Notes: generated by a model from the letters alone, not told the origin. Counted from the stretch's first letter, positions 51,086 through 59,904 are shown. The stretch: DNA of 64,000 bases from an uncultured Gemmatimonadaceae bacterium (GCA_963740355.1 CAVUDW010000002.1:1376001-1440000), one strand, 5' to 3'. Program-made: numbers and translations.

Positions 51086-52315
51086 ATGACCCAGCGATCC
51101 ACGTCCACCGCCGGCCGCGCCGCGCTCGCGTCGGCCTTCGTCGCCTCTTGCCTCGCGCTCGCCGTCATCCCGTCGACAATGTCCGCGCAGAGAACGCCTG
51201 CTGCCCCTAGGGCGCGCACCTACCCGCTCTACATCGGCACCTACACGCAGGGGTGGGCCTGTGCCGAGCGGAATGACTGCACCAGCGCCGGGATCTATCG
51301 CGCGGAGTTCGACGCCGCGACCGGTGCACTCTCGGCGCCGGTCCTGGTCACGAAGGCGGTGAACCCGTCGTACGTCGCCGTGCATCCGAGCGGTCGCTTC
51401 GCCTACGCGGTGAACGAGGTGGGCGACTTCGGTGGCCAGCCCACCGGCGCGGTGTCGGCGTATCGCATCGGGGCAGGGAGCCGGCTGACCGCGATCGGCA
51501 TGGTGTCGTCGTTCGGCGCCGACCCGTGCTACGTCTCGGTCGATGCGGCGGGCCGCACCCTCTTCGTCGCCAATTATTCCGGCGGGAGCATCGCCAGCTA
51601 TCGCATCGCCAAGGACGGCACGCTCAGCGTCGCGTCGCAGATCCCGCTGGCCGGCTCAGGCCCGCACCCGAACCAGAAGGGACCGCACGGGCATTTCATC
51701 GCCGAGTCGCCCGCGAAGGGTCGCATCTTCGTCGCTGACCTCGGCAGCGACCAGGTGCGCGTGTATCGCGTCGACGCCGTGACGGGCACGCTGACGCCGG
51801 ATGCGGTGCCACCGGGCCGCGTCGACGCCGGCAGTGGACCACGCCACATCGCGTTCGATCCCTCCGGGCGCTGGGCGTACGTCAACAACGAGCTCGCGTC
51901 CACGGTGACCGTGTTCGCGCTCGACGCGGCCACCAGCGCGCTCTCTCCAATGCAGACGCTTAGCACGCTGCCCGCCGGCTTCACCGGCGCGAACGATACG
52001 GCCGAGATCCAGGCCAGCGCCGACGGCCGCTTCGTGTACGTCTCGAATCGCGGCCACAACAGCATCGCGGTCTTCCAGGTCGATGCGGCGTCCGGCAGGC
52101 TCACCTTGCTCGACGTCACGCCCTCCGGCGGCGACTGGCCCCGCGACTTCAAGCTCGATCCCACCGGCGGCTTCCTTCTCGTGGAGCACCAGAAGTCCGA
52201 CAACATCGTCGTCTTCCGCATCGATCGCACGACCGGGCGGTTGACGCCGACGGGGAATGAGCTGCGGGTGTCGAAGCCGGTGAGCATTGCGTTCCTGCCG
52301 GGTGCGCGGCGGTGA
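51086..52315 (+). CDS. pgl: 6-phosphogluconolactonase-type beta-propeller lactonase
   Basis: YIGTYT, NPSY, ANYSGG, DLGSD, GPRH, YVSNRGHNSI, WPRDF. Confidence 0.88.
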   Translation: MTQRSTSTAGRAALASAFVASCLALAVIPSTMSAQRTPAAPRARTYPLYIGTYTQGWACAERNDCTSAGIYRAEFDAATGALSAPVLVTKAVNPSYVAVHPSGRFAYAVNEVGDFGGQPTGAVSAYRIGAGSRLTAIGMVSSFGADPCYVSVDAAGRTLFVANYSGGSIASYRIAKDGTLSVASQIPLAGSGPHPNQKGPHGHFIAESPAKGRIFVADLGSDQVRVYRVDAVTGTLTPDAVPPGRVDAGSGPRHIAFDPSGRWAYVNNELASTVTVFALDAATSALSPMQTLSTLPAGFTGANDTAEIQASADGRFVYVSNRGHNSIAVFQVDAASGRLTLLDVTPSGGDWPRDFKLDPTGGFLLVEHQKSDNIVVFRIDRTTGRLTPTGNELRVSKPVSIAFLPGARR

Positions 52316-52370
52316 CGTGTCTCGCGTGCCCGTGCGCGCCCTGAAATCCCCCCTCTTCACCCATCCTCGC

Positions 52371-52766
52371 ATGAAGCCCGCCTCGCTGTTCGTCACACTT
52401 GCTGTCGCCCTGCTGGCGATCGCTCTTCCCACCGAGCCGGCCGCGGCGCAGCAGGCGCCTCCGCGGCAGCTGATGCACGTGGTCTCGTTCCGGTTCAAGC
52501 CGACGGCCACGGCGCCGCAGATCGACTCGGTCGTCGCGGCGTTCAAGGCCCTTCGTACGAAGATTCCGACGATTCGTGAGTTCTCGTGGGGCACGAACGT
52601 CAGCCCCGAGAAGCTGAACAAGGGATTCACGCACGCGTTCGTGCTCAGTTTCGCCAGTGACGTGGATCGAGATGCGTATCTCGTGCATCCGGACCATGTG
52701 AAGTTCGGGACGTTGCTGTGGCCGATTCTCGATGATGTTTTCGTGATCGACTACTGGACGCGGTGA
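52371..52766 (+). CDS. Dabb family stress-responsive protein
   Basis: HVVSFRFK, WGTNVSPE, GFTHAF, YLVHPDH, FVIDY. Confidence 0.9.
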   Translation: MKPASLFVTLAVALLAIALPTEPAAAQQAPPRQLMHVVSFRFKPTATAPQIDSVVAAFKALRTKIPTIREFSWGTNVSPEKLNKGFTHAFVLSFASDVDRDAYLVHPDHVKFGTLLWPILDDVFVIDYWTR

Positions 52767-52823
52767 TGCTGGAGCCGGTGGGCTGCGAACTGTCGAGGGG
52801 CGTCAGTCAGGTTCCGTATCCGC

Positions 52824-53343
52824 CGAGCGCCACGCGTGGTGCCTGGTTCGGCGCCGGTCTCGTGGCGGGCCTGCCGAGGCGGTCGGTGCAACTCGGCATG
52901 GGCACGGCGTTGCTGGTGTCGGCGAGCGTGATGACACTGAGCCAACTCAACCTCCAGCCCGTCGGCGGCGCCGCGCTCGCGCTGCATGGCTGGAAGCTCG
53001 CCGTCGGCGTTGGCGGCAACTTCGTGCTCGGTGCGCTGATGACGCTCGGCATCGGCATGTATGCGCCGTGCATGATGCTCGTGAGCCTGCTCGGCATGAA
53101 CCCGTCGGTGGCGTTCCCGATCATGATGGGGTCGTGCGCGTTCCTGATGCCGGTGGCCAGCCTGCGGTTCATCGAGCGCAGCGCGTTCCAGCCGCGCGTG
53201 GCGATGGGACTCGCCATCGGCGGCGTGTTTGCGGTGCCGTTGGCGGCATTCGTCGTGAAGTCGCTGCCGCTGACGGTGCTGCGGTGGGTGGTGATCGTGG
53301 TGGTGGTGTATGCGGAGGTGTTGATGTTGCGGTCGGCGAGGAC
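52824..53343 (+). pseudogene. 5'-truncated near-identical copy of the TauE gene 3' half
   Basis: Matches 48640-49159 at offset 4184 with few substitutions; lacks the N-terminal half. Confidence 0.88.
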
Positions 53344-53499
53344 GGACGTGGTTCGCGCACGGGCCTTGGGCGTCGCGCCGGAGATCTGATTCTGGCAGAC
53401 TGACGATGTCGCGGACGACACGCTTCGGTAGGGGAAGCGGCTACGCGTGGCGGGATCGGCCCAACTAGCGTCCGCGGCTGCGGGTCTCGTCAGCGCGAG

Positions 53500-53729
53500 G
53501 ATTCGCCGTCACAGTCATCATGTGCTTCCGGAGCCGCGCGCTGTGCACCGTTAATGTGCTCGAAGCGCACCATGTCGGGCGGCACGAAGTCGCGAATCGT
53601 AGTCGGGCGATCTGCTGCGGGACGGTCCTGCTCGCCCGCTTCGACACACGGGATTACATCGTCCAGAGCTGCCCTACGCGCAAAGCTTGTTGCCGGACTA
53701 AAGTGCAAGACATATTCCCGGCTATTCCA
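53500..53729 (+). mobile_element. IS481-family transposase 3' remnant with right end
   Basis: ...GTVLLARFDTRDYIVQS followed by TTGCCGGACTAAAGTG..CCCGGCTATTCCA; homologous to 57547-57708. Confidence 0.65.
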
Positions 53730-53740
53730 ACGCGCGAGGA

Positions 53741-53830
53741 CGCTGCGAACGAGATGCCTCATCCGCACTGTACGCGACTTCCCTTTAGTCACGATGCTTC
53801 TGAGAACAGGTAGCGTGTGGCTTCGCAGCG
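53741..53830 (-). other. degenerate attC-like site
   Basis: Directly after HEPN stop; outer arms CGCTGCGAA/TTCGCAGCG; R'-like GTTCGCA; weak L boxes. Confidence 0.4.
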
Positions 53831-53832
53831 CA

Positions 53833-54480
53833 CTAAGCAGCTTTGTTGCCGTCTGGCGGTGCCAGGAATGAGCGGTTCTCAACAGCCGACGAAATGCTCA
53901 GAGCTAACTCATAGATAGCATTCGTCACGGCGACCTCGTACTTCGCATACTCCTCAATACTGGAGATCACATTCTTCTTCCCGTGCGCAATCTCGTTTCG
54001 CCGTTTTACCAGTGTCTTCAGCTTGGCGGTGTCGTCTTCTAGCGAAGGCATGTGCAGATTGAGAGTGTCGCAGTGCTGCTTGAGCAGACTTGGATACAGG
54101 TTCCCGTTTGTGTCCGCTTTTGTTTCGAATACCGCAGGCTTTGCAAGTTCGGTCGGAAGTACCTCTGTAAAGAATCTCCACAATTCTGGAGACGAGGTGT
54201 CGCCGCGCAATTTTTTGAACTGAGTGTCTAGAGAGAATTGAGCCAGCGACGGGCTGAATTCTGCGCGCGCAACTGAACAGCGCTCTAGTTCGCCTAAGTA
54301 AAGGTCTAGTGCATACTTGCAGAAGCCTTCGTAGTGCGCATACAGCATGACCCAGAGTGCGCGGAGCCCAGCGGCGTAACGCACGGCGTCCGTATTCACG
54401 GTCGCGATCGCAAGGCGCAGCGCTGCAAGTTCCGCCATTCGCCAATCGATGTCTTTCTCAAGCTCTGCCTCGATTGCCAC
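53833..54480 (-). CDS. HEPN-like nuclease (MAE_28990/MAE_18760 type)
   Basis: DIDWRMAEL, MLYAHYEGF, RNEIAHG (Rx4H); 2 nt from DUF262 stop. Confidence 0.8.
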   Translation of the reverse strand: MAIEAELEKDIDWRMAELAALRLAIATVNTDAVRYAAGLRALWVMLYAHYEGFCKYALDLYLGELERCSVARAEFSPSLAQFSLDTQFKKLRGDTSSPELWRFFTEVLPTELAKPAVFETKADTNGNLYPSLLKQHCDTLNLHMPSLEDDTAKLKTLVKRRNEIAHGKKNVISSIEEYAKYEVAVTNAIYELALSISSAVENRSFLAPPDGNKAA

Positions 54481-54482
54481 TG

Positions 54483-55571
54483 TCAGCCCGCGGATGCTGC
54501 GAGTGCGTGCTGAACCAGAGCGATGCGAGCCTCGAGCTTTTGTTTAGAGTTCGCTCCTGGGCCCGTCACGTCTCGGAAAGCGTTTCCCTGAACGGTATCT
54601 CGTATCGCAATTGCGAACTGCTCTTTAGAGATCTCTTCCACTCTCGCGAGTGAGCGGTGGACAGCCATTGCAACGGCTTCGAAGTACGCCGGAGCAAGCC
54701 CGCCGAGCGGGACGTTGTTCCTGTACCGTACGAACGATGAATCGCCCGTTCGCACGGCAAGGGCGTCGAAAACCGCACTGAACTCTCTAATCTCTTCATC
54801 TTGGTCAAACGACGACTTTTCAAGGATTACGCGCTCCATGTAGTCGTCAAGCCAGTCGCGCACGCTACCCCTAAAGCCGTCCTGATAGTTCTTAAGAGCA
54901 AAGAAGCGAAGTGCAAGCTCTTCATCTGCCTTCTGCTCGCGTTCACGCTCCGGGATTGGTGCAATGCAGAGCTTGTAACTCTCGAGAGAAGCACACCTCT
55001 GAAGAAATGTGTAGAACGCCGCTCCACGATCACCAAGAATTCTGGCTGTGACGTTTCGAATTTCCTGCGGAGCGAGGAGTGATCCGCCCGTATTGAGCCG
55101 TTTAAACATCTCAAATCGCAAGAACTGCGAGCTTTGCCGCTTAATCACCACAACGCGGACGGCTGATCGTTTTACACGCAAGCGCAACGTCAGCGAAAGA
55201 TCTGTAAACTTCAGACCGTCGAGCTCGGGAATAAGATCGCAACCCGTGAGTGCAAGTGGATCAGCACTAATGGTAGTCGAGTCGATGAAGCGTAGGATCG
55301 ACGATGTTCGCTGCAATCCGTCAATTAACTCAAAAATACCACCCGCATTCTCGATCACAAAAATCGGAGGGATGGGAAGTTCGAGTAGAATAGATTCTAT
55401 CAGACGCGACTGCTGTTCCTCTGACCACCGGAACAGACGTTGGTACTCTGGGGCAATCAGTAGCTCGTTCGATTTATGAAGGTTGACAATTTCGCCGAAG
55501 CTAATGTCTAGCGCTTCGGTACGAACTTCCCCAATCCGTTCGTCGATAATTTGCTCAAGATCTTTTGTCAT
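54483..55571 (-). CDS. DUF262 (GmrS/ParB-like) domain protein
   Basis: PEYQRLFRWS, LIESILLELPIP, IDGLQR, FKRLNTGG..L..QEIRN. Confidence 0.9.
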   Translation of the reverse strand: MTKDLEQIIDERIGEVRTEALDISFGEIVNLHKSNELLIAPEYQRLFRWSEEQQSRLIESILLELPIPPIFVIENAGGIFELIDGLQRTSSILRFIDSTTISADPLALTGCDLIPELDGLKFTDLSLTLRLRVKRSAVRVVVIKRQSSQFLRFEMFKRLNTGGSLLAPQEIRNVTARILGDRGAAFYTFLQRCASLESYKLCIAPIPEREREQKADEELALRFFALKNYQDGFRGSVRDWLDDYMERVILEKSSFDQDEEIREFSAVFDALAVRTGDSSFVRYRNNVPLGGLAPAYFEAVAMAVHRSLARVEEISKEQFAIAIRDTVQGNAFRDVTGPGANSKQKLEARIALVQHALAASAG

Positions 55572-55615
55572 TGTTCTAAGCTGCCCGGGGACAATTAAGG
55601 CGCAAGGCTCCAGCC

Positions 55616-55712
55616 GTCTGACGAGACAGGATTCTGCTGGGCGGCGACCGCACGAAAAGTCGTCCTGCTTACAATAGCCTGGTCGCCGCGTCAACAGCAA
55701 CCCGGATTCGCT
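55616..55712 (-). other. degenerate attC-like site
   Basis: Minus strand: AGCGAAT-ccgg-GTTGCTGT-tgac-GCGGCGACC...GGTCGCCGC-cca-GCAGAAT-cctgtctc-GTCAGAC, overlapping the abi stop. Confidence 0.6.
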
Positions 55713-56526
55713 AGCCGCGCGCCGTTCTTTCGTCCCAAGTTGTGATTATAAACGTTGAAAGTGTGTGGGCCGCGCCAATAACGAGGCTGGCGTGACGCGG
55801 CGAGAGTCGGTACGACGTGCGTCCGCGTCCGTGAGCTGATCCGGTATGCGTTCGAAATGCACCGTGGCCATGAACTATTGCCGAGAGCCCAGCTAACACT
55901 TGGCGCAAATCATTGTCAGGAATGGACTTCGGATCTAGTCCCAGATCGGCTTGCACGATTTTCCAGAGAGGTTGCACAGACTGGTCTGATGGCAACTCTA
56001 GGCCGCAGTCTTCGATATAGACCTTGCACAGCGACTCAAGAATTGCGCAAGCGGCGGTCACGGCCGCTGCAGGATCCGACTGAACACTCTCAAGCGCGCG
56101 ATCAAACTCGGTGTTCACGCCTCCGAGATCGCGCTCGCGCAGGATCGCCTCGAGTTGTCGAATCGGCGCAACCGAGCCGGCGACAATGACCCTGCCACCC
56201 CGAACGTACTCAAGGCCTTCCCGGTTCAGAAGCTGCCTGACTCGCACTTGCTGCTTGGAGTGCTCGTCGTTGAAGTGGTAGTGCCCCTGAATGTCCGTGT
56301 CCATGAACTGTTCGAGAACAGCACCGAGGACCCGAAGCCCGTCGCATTCAGGATCCGCTGCGGCGCGCTTCAACCACGCCACGGACTTGTCGACACAGTT
56401 TCCCTCAGGCGCGTCTCCTGGTGCGCCACTCTCAGCGAACAAACGATTGAGCGTCGCGTGGTGGTAGTAGTAGCCCCCGAGAACGTCACCGACAACTATC
56501 GCCACCGAGTTCGAGAAGCCAGCCAT
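55711..56526 (-). CDS. abortive infection family protein (Abi_C C-terminal domain)
   Basis: DPAAAVTAACAILESLCK, RTHTGSAHGRG, PRHASL. Confidence 0.82.
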   Translation of the reverse strand: MAGFSNSVAIVVGDVLGGYYYHHATLNRLFAESGAPGDAPEGNCVDKSVAWLKRAAADPECDGLRVLGAVLEQFMDTDIQGHYHFNDEHSKQQVRVRQLLNREGLEYVRGGRVIVAGSVAPIRQLEAILRERDLGGVNTEFDRALESVQSDPAAAVTAACAILESLCKVYIEDCGLELPSDQSVQPLWKIVQADLGLDPKSIPDNDLRQVLAGLSAIVHGHGAFRTHTGSAHGRGRTSYRLSPRHASLVIGAAHTLSTFIITTWDERTARG

Positions 56527-56556
56527 CAGATCAAATGTAGGTTGCTAGCTAGAAAA

Positions 56557-57545
56557 TATGACTGGGCGGGCCCCCCGGTTTCGCGTGGGCTAGCTCCTCA
56601 ATGCGAATCGAGGTACCAGAGCCACCTGCGACGATCGAGCATGTCGCCGTTCTTCGGAGGACCAGCCCATGTCCACGAAATCGGGTGTTCGGTCGCCAAT
56701 TGCTCCCTCAACAATCTTCGTTGGACTCGAAGTGCACAAGGAGTCCGTCACCCTGGCCCTCCTGCCCACCGACGACCTTGCGCCGGTGCGGGTCGACAAG
56801 CTGCCCTACGACCTGAAGAAGCTCGGACGCTACCTGGAGATGCTCGGGCCGGCCGACAGGCTGCGCACGTGTTACGAGGCGTCCGGTGCCGGCTCTGTGC
56901 TGCAACGCGAGCTGGCCATCTGGGGCATCGCGTGCTCGCTAGCCGCGCCGTCGCTGATTCCGACCAAGCCCGGGGTCTAGCGCAAGCGCGACAAGTATGA
57001 CGCGGCACAGCTCGCGCGGCCGTTTCGCGCGGGGTAACTCACGGCCGTGGTTGTGCCGACCGAGACAAAGGACGCGTGCGCGACCTCGTCCGCTGTCGCT
57101 CGGCGTTCCAATGCGACATCCTGACATCTTGGCAATAAGTTCTGAAGTTCCTCACGCGCCGTGGCCCTGGTGTATCGCGAGGGCACGCCGTGGCGGAAGC
57201 CGGGCTACGAGTGGTTGCGTCGTCTCGCGCGTGCCGACTCGTCGCTCGCGGCGGAAGATCGCATCGTTTTCGGCGAATACCTTGCGCTGCTTGAGTACAA
57301 GTTCAGTCGGCGTGATGAATTGGATCGCCAGATCGCCGCGTTAGGTTTTCTCCGGCGTTGGCGCCCAAAATCGCGCGCCTGCGGTGCTTCCGCGGGCTCG
57401 ACACGCACGGCGCGATGGTGCTGGCGACCGAGCTCGCGGCCTGGCAGCGCTTCGGGTCGGCGCGCGAGCTGATGGGTACTTCGGGCTCGTCCCTCGGGAG
57501 CATTCGAGTGGGGACCGCCAGCGCCGCGGCTCGATCACGAAACCA
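56557..57545 (+). mobile_element. decayed IS110-family element (pseudogene recombinase plus non-coding left end)
   Basis: FVGLEVHK, CYEASGAG, APSLIPTKPG*..D..DA, GLVPREHSSG..RRGSITK; stops, frameshifts and 3' truncation. Confidence 0.85.
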
Positions 57546-57546
57546 A

Positions 57547-57708
57547 TCAACGGATCGGTCTGGATGAGACCGACGACAGCCTCTGGGCGATCTACCTCCA
57601 CACGGTCCTGCTTGCCACGTTCGAGGAACGCGACTACATCGTCCAGAGCTGACCCACACGTAATGGATGTTGCCGGAATATCGTGTCAATAATCTCACCG
57701 GCTGTTCA
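57547..57708 (+). mobile_element. IS481-family transposase 3' remnant with right end
   Basis: RIGLDETDDSLWAIYLHTVLLATFEERDYIVQS* then TGTTGCCGG..TGTCAA..CCGGCTGTTCA. Confidence 0.7.
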
Positions 57709-57721
57709 GTAGACCCCTCAA

Positions 57722-58525
57722 TTATCCCCAGGCCTCCAATACATCCGCTCTCCGATACCCGTCGGGAGACTCGATGTGACTTGGATACTTCAAGCAAAGT
57801 CCAAATTCAGAATCTCTGTAGCGGTTTTGGAGTTGCCGCCAATGCGTGATCAGGTAGTAGATTGCAGCGCGAGTTCCAGCACCTTCGATCCCGGCTGCGA
57901 CAAAAACTGGAACGTCGGAATCAGTGTCAATGCTCTTGTCAAATACCTTGAGCAAGATCGCTGTCTCCCAGCCGTCCGGCTCAATGACTGCCTTCCCAGT
58001 ATCCTGGCCACGATTGCGAACTACAGACCAGCGCTCGTTGCGTACTTCGAGCAGGAAGCTCGGTTTGCACGTGTGGAAATAGTGCGCCGCCGCGGTATTG
58101 TGACGCGGACCACCTATGCAGACAGTTGGCCCGGATGAGAGTTCATTCTCCGTCTTCGGGCTGCAGCGAAAATCCAAGACTGGCGGCCGCGCTAGCCAGC
58201 TACTACTCACTGACAACAGCTCAGGTAAAGACTCGAGCATCGTTGTCGAGAAGAGCGATGACAGTAGCGGAACCAGCTTGAACTCCGACTCAGGAAGTCC
58301 TCGCGTATACGGACGGGTGTTTCCGAACCGATCTTTCACACCTCCTACCGGAACCTCGAGAGCCGATAGATACACGAAGAGTCGTTCGGACTTGCCGACG
58401 CCAAAGAAGCGATGCAATCGTCGACGGCGGTTTCTCAACAAGCCTGCAACAAGCACAGCTGATGGAACTAGCAGCGCAATACTTGAGACGAGATTGGCTA
58501 GAACATCGTGAAGGAATGGGCTCAC
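57722..58525 (-). CDS. hypothetical protein: N-terminal TM plus GGPxxN / AGxxGxGTxAA domain
   Basis: RBS GAGGAG before GTG; VCIGGPRHN and VFVAAGIEGAGTRAAIYYL motifs. Confidence 0.7.
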   Translation of the reverse strand: MSPFLHDVLANLVSSIALLVPSAVLVAGLLRNRRRRLHRFFGVGKSERLFVYLSALEVPVGGVKDRFGNTRPYTRGLPESEFKLVPLLSSLFSTTMLESLPELLSVSSSWLARPPVLDFRCSPKTENELSSGPTVCIGGPRHNTAAAHYFHTCKPSFLLEVRNERWSVVRNRGQDTGKAVIEPDGWETAILLKVFDKSIDTDSDVPVFVAAGIEGAGTRAAIYYLITHWRQLQNRYRDSEFGLCLKYPSHIESPDGYRRADVLEAWG

Positions 58526-58553
58526 GTCTCCTCAATGTGAAATGTGGAGCGGT

Positions 58554-58650
58554 GTCGAACGAAAATACGTTCTGCTGCACTGCGGCCGACAGATGCCAAT
58601 CCTGGTCACCGACCCGTGGCCGCAGTGGCTGCAGCAAAGCGGGGTTAGCC
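58554..58650 (-). other. attC-like integron cassette recombination site
   Basis: Minus strand: GGCTAAC-cccgc-TTTGCTGC-agc-CACTGCGGCC...GGCCGCAGTG-ca-GCAGAAC-gtattttc-GTTCGAC; intact AAC/GTT, extra base in L''. Confidence 0.72.
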
Positions 58651-58674
58651 AGCCACACGCCGAAGCTCCTCGGC

Positions 58675-59520
58675 TTAGAATGGTAGATCGTCATCGTCAG
58701 CAGAGCGAACTGCGGCGAACAGCTCGGACAACTCTGTCGCGGACGCCGCGCCGAGCTTGACGACGTTTCGGCTCGGTCGTGCTACCCTCTGAGCGAGGTA
58801 TACCAGCGGACGTTCGAGACCGTCAAGTGCTTCACGTACTTCCACGGTAAGCGCTGCGGGATTCAGGGCGAGTGCCGACAACAACTTCCTCGCGGATACG
58901 AGCAAATCGGACAAGGCAGACGGGGAGACTGGGTCCGAGTCATGGGCCGGTCTTGCGCGTGAGATGACTCGCGAAAGTGCCAGAACTTCTTCGAGAATCT
59001 CCTTTTCCGTTCTGACTGGCGTGACCACGTCCGCTTCAACCCGGTCCATGATGGACTCGACCTGCTCTTTAAGGCGTGGCCACCACATGGCAAAGACGTC
59101 TTGCACGACATCCGGACCAAGACGGTGCTCGCCGAGCTCTGAGTTGATTGCGATCACAACTTTTCGCATCTCCTCCATTGAAAACTCAGCAGACTGAAAC
59201 TGTGTCATTGGACCGACGAGGTCACCAGTGTGAACGCCGAAGAGGATCGGAATAACCCGGGCGCTGCCGATGTTCTTTGACAATGCGCCAGCCTCAAACA
59301 TCAACCATGGCGCTTCAAGGTTGTCGCGCGTCAGGCAAACAATTCCGAGTTTTGACTCATTTAGCTCTCCCGCGATCTCGCTTGACCAGCGAGTGCCCTT
59401 AGTCACGTCATCGGGCGAAAAGTATGGCCGCGATGCCTGAATGACGCTCGGTAGCCATTGGCGTAAGACGTCCGCGATCGCGCGGCTCCGTTCCCCGGAC
59501 CAGCTCAGAAAGACTTTCAT
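58675..59520 (-). CDS. TIR domain protein
   Basis: MKVFLSWSG, KGTRW..EI..EL, GIVCLT, PWLMFEAGAL (catalytic Glu position). Confidence 0.88.
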   Translation of the reverse strand: MKVFLSWSGERSRAIADVLRQWLPSVIQASRPYFSPDDVTKGTRWSSEIAGELNESKLGIVCLTRDNLEAPWLMFEAGALSKNIGSARVIPILFGVHTGDLVGPMTQFQSAEFSMEEMRKVVIAINSELGEHRLGPDVVQDVFAMWWPRLKEQVESIMDRVEADVVTPVRTEKEILEEVLALSRVISRARPAHDSDPVSPSALSDLLVSARKLLSALALNPAALTVEVREALDGLERPLVYLAQRVARPSRNVVKLGAASATELSELFAAVRSADDDDLPF

Positions 59521-59904
59521 GCTCGGAAAGTTGAGGACGTGTTGTCACTAGAACATGATTGCTGGGTAGCCCACAATTAGACAGAAAAGTACCTAATGAC
59601 GGATTCTGTCGCGACGCAACGCTGCAGCGCCAGCGCTATCTGTCCTCGGAACCACAGTCATCGCCCCCTCCCAACGCAGGAGCCGCTTCCGCAACTCGCC
59701 ACTACGCAACGAGTTAGACGCGTTCTGTCGTTGTGCCGCCCCGGCGTCTCGCTTCGAGAAGTCTTTATAGCGGCACTGTGCAGCCTAGCATCCCAGAGCG
59801 AGCCCCCAGCTCCACCTGCTTCGCGAGCGCCTTCCGGGAGAAGTCGGCCTCGCTACCACGGTCAGGCCACAGCGCGCATCACCGCCGCCGTCGCCCCACG
59901 CCAA

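Noticed and set aside
52763..53389. Intact second TauE gene
   Set aside because: N-terminus is unrelated sequence fused to a duplicated 3' half; treated as a pseudogene
53390..59900. Prophage or tRNA-anchored integrative element
   Set aside because: No integrase, phage genes or tRNA seen
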